Source: Candidatus Cloacimonadales bacterium (GTDB taxonomy: Bacteria; Cloacimonadota; Cloacimonadia; Cloacimonadales; JAFGVF01). From it: a DNA stretch of 64,000 nt. The position numbers were made by a program, and so were the translations under genes. Below are positions 19,219 through 29,251 of this stretch, in pieces. The DNA lies in the NCBI GenBank assembly GCA_963662585.1, contig OY759729.1:1504001-1568000 (forward strand), in the 5' to 3' direction. How positions within the stretch are numbered: the stretch's first letter is position 1; each line of letters starts with the position of its first letter. The notes beneath the pieces are model-generated. The model was given only the letters and a program-made list of their open reading frames with translations. It ran no database searches and was not told where the DNA came from.

Positions 19219-22200
19219 TTAGATTTCATAGTTAAAGAGGTCTTTTATCTGATCTACAGACATAGATTTTAAGATATTCTCATTATTTTCAATTATCTGT
19301 TCAAAAAGCTCTTTCTTACTATTTTGAAGTGAGATTATCTTCTCTTCTACTGTTCCTTTAGATATTAATTTATACACTTGCACTTTCTTAGTTTGACCAA
19401 TTCTGTGAGCTCTATCAATAGCTTGATTCTCAATCATCGGATTCCACCAAGGGTCAGTAAGAATAACTGTATCAGCAGCAGTTAGATTTAGTCCGTAACC
19501 ACCAGTTTTTAAACTAATCAAGAAAACTTTAATCTTAGTATTATTATTAAAATTCTCAATGTGCTTTTGCCTATCTTTTGTTTTTCCATCTAAATATTCA
19601 TAAGGAATATCATGTTTTATTAACATTTTTTTAATAATTTGCAGCATGCCGATGAATTGACTAAAGATTAATATTTTACGATCAGAATCAATAGCATCTA
19701 ACACCAGTTCCTGCATCAACTCAACTTTACTAGATAAAGCGAAATCATCCTTAATATTTGCTTCAACTAAATGCGGATGATCACAAATCTGTCTTAATTT
19801 CATTAAAGCAGTCAAGATATTGATATAATTAATCTTTTCATCATTTTCTGGTTTGAAGTAAGATTTATTAATATTATCAATTAATTGCATATAAACTTTT
19901 TCTTGCACAGGCGATAATTTACAAAAGGCTATTTGTTCTTGTTTATTAGGTAATTCCAAGAGAACATCACTCTTCTTTCTTCTTAGAATGAAAGGAGAAA
20001 TCATCTTGTTTAAATCTTCTCTTCGATCCATATTCTCTGTACCACTAAAAGTTCTTACAAACCTCTGTTTACTCATTAAATAGCCTGGTAACAAGAAATC
20101 AAACAAGGACCAAATTTCAGAAATATCATTCTCCAAAGGAGTACCTGTTAAGGCTATTCTATGCTTTGAATTAAGCTTTTTTATAGCTTTAGTTCTTAGG
20201 GCTGTAACATTTTTAATATGTTGAGCTTCATCTAAAATTACATAATAAAACTCTCTCTCCCCTAAGAAGTCAATGTCATTTTGAATAATGGAATAAGAAG
20301 CAATGAGAATATCAAAATTCACCTTATCAAGCATATCTTTACGCTCTTGTTTATTACCTTCATAGATAATAAAAGATTTATCTAATTTGAATTTCTTAAA
20401 TTCCGCAGCCCAGTTATAGATTAATGTTTTAGGGCATATAATAATAGACTTCTGTCCTGCCGGAACTTCAGATAATACTGATATGGCTTGAATTGTTTTC
20501 CCTAATCCCATTTCATCTGCGAGAATACCATTTAGTTTATAGTACTCCAACATCTTTAACCACTTGTAGCCTGATTTCTGATAGCTTCTCATGATATGAT
20601 TCAAAAAGAAAGGTGCTTCAGTGGAATTTTTAAGTTTTCCAGCTATTAAATCTCGAGACATGGAGTCTATATATTTATCACCATAGAGCCTTATTGAGGG
20701 ATTATCATTAACAAGACGGAAGAAATAAGGAATATTCTGGTAGCTCATAGAATAGACCTTGTCTTTGCTTGCTTCAGATTTATTAAGCAGATTTTCCATC
20801 TGATTAAATACTTCTTTATTCTCAAAGAAGATTAATCTTCCATCTTCTAAAGTCATGAACTTCTGATTAGAAGAAAAGAACTTCTTTAATTCACCATGAG
20901 TAAAGGAAAAATCTTTATATTTGTAAGTAATTTCATACTTAAACCAGTTAATTTCATCCTTAGTCTGGGTTTTAATCTCAGCTTGAAGATGCACTTTATA
21001 GACAAAATCTTTCTTTAGTTCATCTGAAAGTTGGATATTCCACTCTTCATTAGATAATTCAAAAATTGCTTTCTTCAAGAGATCAATGCTCAGAGCACCC
21101 TCAAAATATAGTTGAGAATTACTTTCTAATCTTTGATATTGAGGATTAGGAAGCTGATCTAAAAACTCGAAAACTTCACTAAATATTATCGGAGGTATAT
21201 AGAACCAAGCTTTTTGCTCAGCTTCATACTCATAATTAATCAAATTAGCATTTAATCTAATTATCGATAAGGGGATAGAGATATCTTCATTATAGACTAA
21301 AGATCCATCCATAACAACAGCATCGCCTTCTTTACTTAGCTTAAAGAATATTTTGGGTCTATTATCATAAATCGGAGGAAGAGAAATATCTTCATCGATA
21401 TCTAAATAATAATTAGAGAATGTCAGTTGTTTAGCCACAATAGCGTGATAATAGATAATATCTTTGGCGGAAAGCAGAAGACCAGATTCTAACATTTCCC
21501 GGAAAATATTGCTTTTGAAAGGTAAATCTATCTTAAATAACTCATTTCTGATAAAAATATAAATTGAATTAAAGTAATATATTGCAGATACTTCTTGCTC
21601 TAATTGAGCTTTTAGAAGTGCTTTATCCTCTGAAAGCTTCTGAATCATAAAATGAATTGGGAGTTTATTCTCTTGCCAGACTATTTTATCTCCTGTTTCA
21701 GTAATAAAAATCTTATCTTGCAATAATCTTAGATGAGGTAAAATCATATTCAAATCTTTTTTATAAATGCTAAAGAAGTTATTCTTGCTACTAAATGAGC
21801 ACTTGTAGTTATTCAAGACTGATAGAAGGGTTAACTCTTCTTCTCTAAAAACATTCATCTGTTTCTCAGCTTTCTGCAATTCTCTAGCTGTAGCTTTCTT
21901 TACCTCTTTCCCTGATTTTAGGGTAGAGATAATTCTCAAATCAAATTCTTCATAACCTAGAAAATTGAGTCTTAATTTGTCCGTATTTGTATTATAAAGC
22001 TCTGAAATAGTAATGTAGCTTTTAGCATAACGAGTCTGGAAATTCTCATCAAATTTTAAATCAGTCCGACTATAAACTTCTACAATATCCTCATTCAAAA
22101 TATCATCAGATAGATATTTATAAGCATAATCAAGCACAGTTAAATAGTGATTACATGATTTATCTAAATCTTCCGAGCAATAGTGTTCTAAAATAGTAGC

Positions 22201-22404
22201 ATTTTCGGCATCATATTTAATTCTGACTATCCCAGAAAAGTATTTTTTTAAGTGACTTTGTGCAAAAAAGATAAAATTATAATTGCCTTTTTGGTCAATA
22301 CTCTTCCAGAACAGCAAATCATCCCTGTCTGTTTTGATGACATTGTCGCGAAAATACCAAGAATTTGAATGAATATTATACTCTTTTCTAAATAATTTTG
22401 CCAT
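19219..22404 (-). CDS. SNF2-family helicase (SWIM/SNF2_assoc type)
   Basis: ILADEMGLGKT, DEAQ, LTGTPLEN, GGYGLNLT, DPWWNP and QAIDRAHRIGQ motifs. Confidence 0.93.
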   Translation of the reverse strand: MAKLFRKEYNIHSNSWYFRDNVIKTDRDDLLFWKSIDQKGNYNFIFFAQSHLKKYFSGIVRIKYDAENATILEHYCSEDLDKSCNHYLTVLDYAYKYLSDDILNEDIVEVYSRTDLKFDENFQTRYAKSYITISELYNTNTDKLRLNFLGYEEFDLRIISTLKSGKEVKKATARELQKAEKQMNVFREEELTLLSVLNNYKCSFSSKNNFFSIYKKDLNMILPHLRLLQDKIFITETGDKIVWQENKLPIHFMIQKLSEDKALLKAQLEQEVSAIYYFNSIYIFIRNELFKIDLPFKSNIFREMLESGLLLSAKDIIYYHAIVAKQLTFSNYYLDIDEDISLPPIYDNRPKIFFKLSKEGDAVVMDGSLVYNEDISIPLSIIRLNANLINYEYEAEQKAWFYIPPIIFSEVFEFLDQLPNPQYQRLESNSQLYFEGALSIDLLKKAIFELSNEEWNIQLSDELKKDFVYKVHLQAEIKTQTKDEINWFKYEITYKYKDFSFTHGELKKFFSSNQKFMTLEDGRLIFFENKEVFNQMENLLNKSEASKDKVYSMSYQNIPYFFRLVNDNPSIRLYGDKYIDSMSRDLIAGKLKNSTEAPFFLNHIMRSYQKSGYKWLKMLEYYKLNGILADEMGLGKTIQAISVLSEVPAGQKSIIICPKTLIYNWAAEFKKFKLDKSFIIYEGNKQERKDMLDKVNFDILIASYSIIQNDIDFLGEREFYYVILDEAQHIKNVTALRTKAIKKLNSKHRIALTGTPLENDISEIWSLFDFLLPGYLMSKQRFVRTFSGTENMDRREDLNKMISPFILRRKKSDVLLELPNKQEQIAFCKLSPVQEKVYMQLIDNINKSYFKPENDEKINYINILTALMKLRQICDHPHLVEANIKDDFALSSKVELMQELVLDAIDSDRKILIFSQFIGMLQIIKKMLIKHDIPYEYLDGKTKDRQKHIENFNNNTKIKVFLISLKTGGYGLNLTAADTVILTDPWWNPMIENQAIDRAHRIGQTKKVQVYKLISKGTVEEKIISLQNSKKELFEQIIENNENILKSMSVDQIKDLFNYEI

Positions 22405-22645
22405 ATTTTTTTACCCCAACAGCAATAATAGGAAAAGTTATTAATTTGTATAGCTATTTTTTTGAAATTATAAATTATTCTAGTGTTCTTTATATCTTAT
22501 AGTAGGTCTTAACATCTACTAATCAATAAATTAAACAACTACATTAAGGAGCAATAAAACATTTACGAAGTAAATTAAATAAACAGTTTATTCCGTTAAA
22601 CTACAGTGAAATTGAGAAAGGGGTGACTTGCACCCCCTACGAATT

Positions 22646-23404
22646 CTATTTTTTATTATTTAATCTTTCTGCTAAAGTAATAGAAATATAAGAAGCAACA
22701 TCAGTAGAGTAACTTCCAGTACCAAAACCAGCATCATATCCTAACTCAACTGCTAGTTCATGATTTATTCTTGGACCACCACAGATGAATAACATTTTGT
22801 CACGAAGCCCTTCAGCTTCAGCCATCTCCATTAGTTTAGTCAAATTCTTTATATGAATATCTTTTTGTGTAACGATTTGAGAAACTAATATAGCATCAGC
22901 ATTCTCTTCACGAGCCTTTTGTAACAAATCTTCACATGGAACTTGAGCTCCCATGTTGATGGCATTAATATTTCTATATCTCTCGATACCATAACGGTGA
23001 TTATAACCCTTCATATTCATAATAGCGTCAATTCCTACTGTGTGGGCATCACTTTCAATACAAGCACCAATTACAGTTATTTCTCGGCCAATATGCTCAT
23101 CAATATACTCTTCATTCTCATACATATCCATCACATTAGTTTCGACAACTTTAACATTAATCTGAGTTAAATCCACTGAAGCACTTGTATTACCATAAGC
23201 AATAAAATGTGTGAATCCTTCATGAAGATCACTCAAGTGACAGACATCAATATCATCAACTCCCATTTTTATAAGAATCTGACGAGCTGCCTCTTTTCCT
23301 TGTTCATTACAGGGAACAGGAAGAGAAAATGAGAACTGCATTCTACCATCGTTTAAAGTATCGCCATAAGGACGAATTTGGGTTTTATCTATTTTTGTAC
23401 TCAT
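22646..23404 (-). CDS. kamE: D-lysine/beta-lysine 5,6-aminomutase beta subunit (B12-binding)
   Basis: 'PYGDTLNDG' dimerisation domain, DAHTVGIDAIMNMKG (DxH cobalamin motif plus PLP Lys), 'GGPRI'. Confidence 0.93.
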   Translation of the reverse strand: MSTKIDKTQIRPYGDTLNDGRMQFSFSLPVPCNEQGKEAARQILIKMGVDDIDVCHLSDLHEGFTHFIAYGNTSASVDLTQINVKVVETNVMDMYENEEYIDEHIGREITVIGACIESDAHTVGIDAIMNMKGYNHRYGIERYRNINAINMGAQVPCEDLLQKAREENADAILVSQIVTQKDIHIKNLTKLMEMAEAEGLRDKMLFICGGPRINHELAVELGYDAGFGTGSYSTDVASYISITLAERLNNKK

Positions 23405-23413
23405 CTTTACCTC

Positions 23414-24976
23414 CTATCTGTTTAAGCCTAACTCTTCTTTCATCTTTTCCATAAATGGATTTAGATAATTCTCATCGCGTTGGAATACACCTTCTAAACC
23501 TTTACCTCTCTCTTCAGGACGCTTAATATCAGCAAATTCACCATCTCTCATAGCATTAAATAGTCCTTGTTGAGAAACTCTTTGTAAGAACTGGGTAGCT
23601 TCATCTAAGACAGAATTTGCTCTTTGATTAATAAATCCATCAGGATCAAGAGTAATTTCTTTAGCAAAGTCTTTGGTAGCTGTAAAGAGATAATTAGCAT
23701 TCTCAATTGCTAGAGCTCTATCTGCTAAATGAGGAGTATGAATAGCTTCTGTAAGCATACCTAGAAGCTGAACACCTTGATTAGTTACCTGTCCAACAAA
23801 GTTAAACATAGCATCCATAAGATTTGTTTTGAAAATATTACCGGAAGCAAATTTAGTAGGAGGCATATATTTAGTAGGAGCTGTTGGGAAAAGTGTACTT
23901 GTTAAAAGTGCATGAGAAAGCTCATAAGAGAAACTATTTTCTATAGTTGGATCTATTTCATAAGCATGACCTAGTCCCATTTTTTCTGGTTTCAAACCTG
24001 AGATATAAGCAAACTGTTCATTAATAAGCTGGGAAGCAGTAACAGTGTAAGCTTTCTCAATAGCATCAGAAGTGGTAAGATAATTATCTTCACCTGTCTG
24101 AATCTCAATTCCTGCATAAGCATTTATCATTCTAGAAAAATATTGGTCTAAGATAGTTCTTTTAGGATTGATATCACGGAAAAGGATTCCGTACATAGCA
24201 TCGTTGAGCATAACATCAAGTCTTTCAATAGCACCCATTGCTGCGATTTCAGGCATACATAAACCTGAAGCATAATTAGTTAAAGAAATATATCTTTTTA
24301 GCTCATCACCAACTTCATCAAGAGCTTTACGCATAATCTTGAAGTTCTCTTGGGTTGCAAAAGTTCCACCAAATCCCACTGTTGTAGCTCCATAAGGAAC
24401 ATAATCTAAGAGTGACTGAGCAGTAGATCTAATCACAGCAATAATGTCAGCACCTTGTCTGGCAGCAGCTTTAGCTTGAGTAACATCTTCATAGATATTA
24501 CCTGTTGCTACAATAACATAAAGAGCAGGTCTTCTTCTTGGACCGAACTTCTCAAAACAGTCATCTCTATGTTGTTTTTGAGCTTTAACATGAGCTAGAG
24601 ATTTAGTAACTATTTCATCTAACTTTGCCATAATCTGCTTATCTTCTGCTTTCTCAACTTGTGATAAATCTAATTCACCCTGAGCAACAGCATCACCAAC
24701 TTCCTGAACACTCATATTCTGAGAAATCATAGCATTTACAAGCCAGTAGGCAACACCACGATTCAAAATATTCTTCTCTTTAAGGTGATCAACTACTATA
24801 TTTGGTATTGGTTCTCCACCCTCAATTGCACCATCCATACCCATTAATCTGAGAATAGTCCTTTCAATAGCAACAGAGCTATAACCGTTGAAAAGCCAGT
24901 CAAATGACTCAGCAATTTCTTTGGCATAACCGCGAGCTTGGGCTATTTTCTCAGGAGCGATATTTAATTTAAGCAC
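23414..24976 (-). CDS. kamD: Lysine 5,6-aminomutase alpha subunit
   Basis: 'YVIVATGNIYED', 'IAVIRSTAQSLLDYVPYG', 'NYASGLCMPE' and 'KYMPPTK' motifs. Confidence 0.94.
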   Translation of the reverse strand: MLKLNIAPEKIAQARGYAKEIAESFDWLFNGYSSVAIERTILRLMGMDGAIEGGEPIPNIVVDHLKEKNILNRGVAYWLVNAMISQNMSVQEVGDAVAQGELDLSQVEKAEDKQIMAKLDEIVTKSLAHVKAQKQHRDDCFEKFGPRRRPALYVIVATGNIYEDVTQAKAAARQGADIIAVIRSTAQSLLDYVPYGATTVGFGGTFATQENFKIMRKALDEVGDELKRYISLTNYASGLCMPEIAAMGAIERLDVMLNDAMYGILFRDINPKRTILDQYFSRMINAYAGIEIQTGEDNYLTTSDAIEKAYTVTASQLINEQFAYISGLKPEKMGLGHAYEIDPTIENSFSYELSHALLTSTLFPTAPTKYMPPTKFASGNIFKTNLMDAMFNFVGQVTNQGVQLLGMLTEAIHTPHLADRALAIENANYLFTATKDFAKEITLDPDGFINQRANSVLDEATQFLQRVSQQGLFNAMRDGEFADIKRPEERGKGLEGVFQRDENYLNPFMEKMKEELGLNR

Positions 24977-25169
24977 CAGTCCTCCAATAATTTATTATTT
25001 TTTGTAAATTTATAAGTATTGCTAAAATAGTCAAGTAAAATGTTTGAAACCCTTGTTTTGCTATGAGTTACTAGCAAATCATATCAAGCTTTCAGAGAAA
25101 TTGTCTTTTTTTAAAAATAAGAAAAGGGCGTACACTTATACACCCTTTATATTCTTCTTTTTCTATTCT

Positions 25170-25790
25170 TTACATATTTATCTGTAGATCTTTAATCTGT
25201 TCATATTTTTCTAAGTGTTCTCTAATCTCTTCAGCTACATTATCACGGTATTTATCGAAGGATGGGATTTCTATATCAATGATAGCAACACCATCGTCCA
25301 ATCCTACATATTTGACCATTTTAAGAGTAACAATATCCTCTCCGACTTGCGGATAAATAACATGCTTTAATTCAGCAATAATTGTTTCTTTGGAAAAATC
25401 CTCTACTTTTCTTAAACCTTTAGAAATTTGGTAGTTTTTGATAGCCTCATGAAGAGTGTCAGCAGCAAGGACAGAACAATGAGCCTTAGTAGGTGGTAAT
25501 CCATCTAACTCTTCCATGGCATCACGCCAAGTGATAGCTAGTGCTTCATCAATTGTCTTGCCCATTGCCATATCAGTAATCATTGATCCTGTTGCGATAT
25601 TAGAAGCACAACCGTATGATTTAAACTTAACATCTTCTATTACTTTTGTTTCATCATTAATCTTTAAATAGACTGTTACTTGGTCCCCACAAGCTGGTGA
25701 ACCTTCAGTAGCAACAGCATCAGCATCTTTTATCTCTCCAACATTATGAGGTTTCATAAAATGATCTAGAACTTTCTGTGAATATTGCAT
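25170..25790 (-). CDS. iscU: IscU/NifU Fe-S scaffold fused to a C-terminal DUF59-like domain
   Basis: PACGD, GCASNIA and LPPTKAHCS motifs; extra ~80-aa C-terminus 'ELKHVIYPQVGEDIVTLKMV'. Confidence 0.85.
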   Translation of the reverse strand: MQYSQKVLDHFMKPHNVGEIKDADAVATEGSPACGDQVTVYLKINDETKVIEDVKFKSYGCASNIATGSMITDMAMGKTIDEALAITWRDAMEELDGLPPTKAHCSVLAADTLHEAIKNYQISKGLRKVEDFSKETIIAELKHVIYPQVGEDIVTLKMVKYVGLDDGVAIIDIEIPSFDKYRDNVAEEIREHLEKYEQIKDLQINM

Positions 25791-25808
25791 AATTTCCTCT
25801 ATTTTTAT

Positions 25809-26990
25809 TTATTTATTTTCTTGATATAATGGACTTCTTCTTCTAAGTTCGATAACAATCTCTTTTAATTTCTCAACTGTGATATCCAGCTCTTCTTGGC
25901 TTGTATATTTACTAAGAGTGAACTTCATAGAGCCGTGTGATTGCATGTGATTTTTTCCCATTGCCATTAAGACATAACTTGGTTTTAATCCTTGAGAAGC
26001 ACAAGCAGATCCTGTAGCAGCTGTAATGCCATGTAAATCAAGCATCATACCCATTGCTTCACCCTCTATATAATCGATTGAAACATTAATATTATGACAA
26101 GCTCTTCCCTCTCCCGGAGCTCCATTTAACTCTACATCAGTAATCTCTGTCATTAATCTATTTAAAAGATAATCAGAAAGATCTCTTAACTTTTTAGTAG
26201 TTGCACTCAAATCAGCAAATGTTATCTCAACCGCTTTTACAAAACCAGCAAGAGCACCAATATTAATACCCCCAGTTTCTAAGTTATCCACTCTATTAAC
26301 TCCGTGAACAACCTGTGCTAGAGGAGTCTTAGCTCTTTTATAAAGAAATCCTACTCCTTGAGGTCCGTGAATTTTATGTGCAGAAACAGACATTGTATCA
26401 ATTCCTACTTGATTCATATCCATTGGAAATTTACCATAAGCCTGACCAGCATCTACATGCATATAGACCTTATGATCAGCCTCGGCTAGTACTTTGGCAT
26501 ATTCAGCTACTGGTTGAATTGTTCCCACAACATGATTTACCCAAGTTGTAGAGAATAGAATAGTATCAGGGCGTAGAGCTTCTTTAAGTTTTTCGGCAGA
26601 GATAAAACCATTTTCATCAGGTTTTAAATAGGTAACTTCAAATCCACTTTTTTCAAAGAAGGCATAATTTGTAAGAATATCTGGATAATCAACAACTGAA
26701 CAAATGATATGTGTGCCTTTCTGAGAATTAGCCATTAAAATTCCCTTAATAGCGATGTTATTTGCTGAAGTCCCACCCCGAGTAAAATGAATTTCATCAG
26801 CCTTAGCCTTGATTGTATTCCCAAGAACTGCTTTAAAGTTTTCTAATTTAGCATTAATCTCTTCCCCTGCGGTAAAGAAATTAGCCGGGAACCAATATTC
26901 ATTTTCCCAATATTCTTTCATAACGGCAAATATTTCTGGGTCTGGTTTTGTTGTTACACAATTATCTAAGTAGATTCTCTTATTTTCCAT
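25809..26990 (-). CDS. iscS: Cysteine desulfurase (IscS/NifS family), divergent
   Basis: YLDN, SAHKIHGPQG (PLP Lys) and TGSAC (catalytic Cys); lies between rrf2 and iscU. Confidence 0.85.
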   Translation of the reverse strand: MENKRIYLDNCVTTKPDPEIFAVMKEYWENEYWFPANFFTAGEEINAKLENFKAVLGNTIKAKADEIHFTRGGTSANNIAIKGILMANSQKGTHIICSVVDYPDILTNYAFFEKSGFEVTYLKPDENGFISAEKLKEALRPDTILFSTTWVNHVVGTIQPVAEYAKVLAEADHKVYMHVDAGQAYGKFPMDMNQVGIDTMSVSAHKIHGPQGVGFLYKRAKTPLAQVVHGVNRVDNLETGGINIGALAGFVKAVEITFADLSATTKKLRDLSDYLLNRLMTEITDVELNGAPGEGRACHNINVSIDYIEGEAMGMMLDLHGITAATGSACASQGLKPSYVLMAMGKNHMQSHGSMKFTLSKYTSQEELDITVEKLKEIVIELRRRSPLYQENK

Positions 26991-26994
26991 CCCT

Positions 26995-27411
26995 TTACTC
27001 CTTATCTATTCTTTTTTTTATATCTTCTAATGTGATTGTGTTAAGATAGCTTTTTAGATTGCTGTAAACTTCTTGCCACAATGTCTTATACTGGCAATTC
27101 TCAACTTGACAATACTCAAGTTCTATCTTGTTTCTCTCACAACTAACCTCATAAGGATGATTTTCTACAACTTCCATGATTGTACCCAAAGTTATATCTC
27201 CAGCAGGAATTTGCAAGTAGTAACCACCCTTAGAACCAGGAACACTGCCTATAATAGAACTCTTTTTTAGCTTCCTAAAAAGTTGCTCAACATACTTCTT
27301 GGGCAAATTCTGGTTTGTACAGATTTCATTAATTGACATCAATGAATCTCTACTCTGCTTAAGAGTTACTAAAGCCCTTACCGAATACTCAGTTTTTGTT
27401 GTTAGTTGCAT
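26995..27411 (-). CDS. Rrf2/IscR family transcriptional regulator
   Basis: 'TKTEYSVRAL', 'YVEQLFRKLK' and 'GSKGGY'; three C-terminal Cys (potential Fe-S ligands). Confidence 0.9.
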   Translation of the reverse strand: MQLTTKTEYSVRALVTLKQSRDSLMSINEICTNQNLPKKYVEQLFRKLKKSSIIGSVPGSKGGYYLQIPAGDITLGTIMEVVENHPYEVSCERNKIELEYCQVENCQYKTLWQEVYSNLKSYLNTITLEDIKKRIDKE

Positions 27412-27432
27412 TTTGCTTCCTTTTTCTTAGTA

Positions 27433-27470
27433 ATCATATACTAATTTAGTAGGAATTCCTTTTTTGGCAA
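27433..27470 (-). promoter_or_regulatory. Promoter with putative Rrf2/IscR operator
   Basis: Minus-strand TTGCCA (-35) followed by ATTCCTACTAAATTAGTATATGAT, with palindromic core TACTAA-A-TTAGTA overlapping the -10 region. Confidence 0.5.
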
Positions 27471-27543
27471 GTTTTTTCGATATTTTTTCTTGGCTACTAT
27501 GATAATTGCTTTAGAATAGGGATTTTTTAGGTAATAAAAAAAA

Positions 27544-27639
27544 TGCCAGGCGACCGGTTGCACACTCTAAACACCCCTTAATGCTGCTTCATTCCTGATC
27601 TGACATGGTTCGAGGGTCAAAGTTGCACCGGACCTGACA
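27544..27639 (-). ncRNA. ffs: Signal recognition particle RNA (bacterial small SRP, 4.5S)
   Basis: Minus strand ...CGAACCATGTCAGATCAGGAATGAAGCAGCATTAAGGGG... matches the helix-8 motif (UCAG...GGAA..AGCAG), inside a long hairpin closed by TGTCAGG/CCTGGCA. Confidence 0.85.
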
Positions 27640-27962
27640 AAACCAACATCTTTGAGAGAGCTTATGATGTCAAGAAAAATAGTAGAAAAGGGGCAAACTT
27701 ATAGAAAGAGACTAGTTAAAAACCGTCTAAGAATATAGTCTTGACTTTGTGTCCTTTGAAATCCCATGGAGAAAACCACTAAATCCATGGTTTTCACAAA
27801 TTAAGAAAAAGATCCTTAACACATGCGCCTTACAAAAAGCTGAGCTAGCCTAGAAGTTACACAGATATTGATAGAATTCTTAAAGAGTTCTTATAAGAAA
27901 ATAAGGACCTCTTAAATCACCCTCAGCGAGATGGGCAAGGGTAGTATTGCAATAATTCCCAA

Positions 27963-28009
27963 AATCCTGAAGGGATGGCATCTAATAGGCAGTGTTCGCA
28001 AGACACTGC
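27963..28009 (+). repeat. REP-like element left of the R-M pair
   Basis: AATCCTGAAGGGATGGCATCTAATAGGCAGTGTTCGCAAGACACTGC; 36/47 identical by hand alignment to the reverse complement of 30885-30931. Confidence 0.65.
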
Positions 28010-28171
28010 TACAGATACACAATAATAGTGGTTCGACGCTCTTGCGGAGAACAGGTAGAGCAAATATTTTTTATGCCTTTTTCTTATATTAACAGATTGT
28101 TTCCATTAATTCAGCCAAGGTTAATATACTTGGAGCATAAGAATTATTGGTCCTGTTACTAATTCATTTCA

Positions 28172-29251
28172 TTATTTCACAAACCTAATTTGGAGATTTA
28201 AGTTAATATACAATTTATTATCAATTCTATAAATCTTTCCAAAATCATGCCTTGAGCTACTTGCAGTTTCAAATTTTGTGTTTTCAAACAAATAATCTTC
28301 AAATTCATTTCTATTGTAAATATGATAACACAGTACTTCTCCATCATCCCTAACTATTAGATACCCTCCTGTTGCATCTAACCTTCCAGTCCATACTTTT
28401 GAAGGCATCATTCCTAGTGCTATATCGGTTAGAAACCGTTTTATTTTATAAGAATAGAAAGGATGATTTGTGGCTGTAGTATACCCAATTGGGTTGTTGG
28501 TGGAAATAATCTCTGTTAAATCGGTAGCTTTTGAATATTTAGAGGTATAGAACAAGAATACTATTTCTGACAATATTTGAGGTAAGCAACTATCTATTAA
28601 AGTCAAATTATCACTAAATGATGTGGATTCTGTTTTTACAAATGCTAATGAACCTGATAAACTTATAATTTTTTTAATTCTATCTTTAATTTTGTTTCTC
28701 GTTTGTATTGAGTTTATCAAAGAAATTTGATCATCAGTTAATTTAATATTTTTAATTTCATAAATAAAATTTGTTGTCTTCCCTGCATTGAGAAGAGTCG
28801 AAGCACTTCCAAGTTGAGACTTAATACTAAAACCTAATTCTGGAGATGTGTTTGTCCTATGATCATAAATTACTATTCTAATATCACTCTTAGAAGTAGA
28901 CTTTGCCTTAAGTGAAAAACAATTAAAAGAGTTAATAAATATCTCGATTTCTGGTATGGTTAATATCCCTGTAGTCGATGTTAATAATTTTGAAAGAAGA
29001 ACTTTTGCATTCTCTTGGAAACTAGAAACAGATATCGAGAACTTTTCTGATTGACCCTTGACAGTAACTATATCTCCTTCTATTGAGTATTCGTACAATC
29101 CGTTTGATTGCTCACGAAATATTTTAATTATCGGGTAAATAATATCATTTTTTTTATTTAATCTACTATCTCCGGCAAACAACTTCTTGTCTGATATAAT
29201 CTTAAAGAGTGTATATATCTCACTCCACTCGCCTTTATTACCTTTTAACAT
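28172..29251 (-). CDS. Type II restriction endonuclease, HpaII family
   Basis: 'GNKGEWSEIY', 'KSDI...GFSIKSQLG..STLLNA' and C-terminal 'LNLQIRF', characteristic of the HpaII family; overlaps the MTase stop. Confidence 0.88.
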   Translation of the reverse strand: MLKGNKGEWSEIYTLFKIISDKKLFAGDSRLNKKNDIIYPIIKIFREQSNGLYEYSIEGDIVTVKGQSEKFSISVSSFQENAKVLLSKLLTSTTGILTIPEIEIFINSFNCFSLKAKSTSKSDIRIVIYDHRTNTSPELGFSIKSQLGSASTLLNAGKTTNFIYEIKNIKLTDDQISLINSIQTRNKIKDRIKKIISLSGSLAFVKTESTSFSDNLTLIDSCLPQILSEIVFLFYTSKYSKATDLTEIISTNNPIGYTTATNHPFYSYKIKRFLTDIALGMMPSKVWTGRLDATGGYLIVRDDGEVLCYHIYNRNEFEDYLFENTKFETASSSRHDFGKIYRIDNKLYINLNLQIRFVK

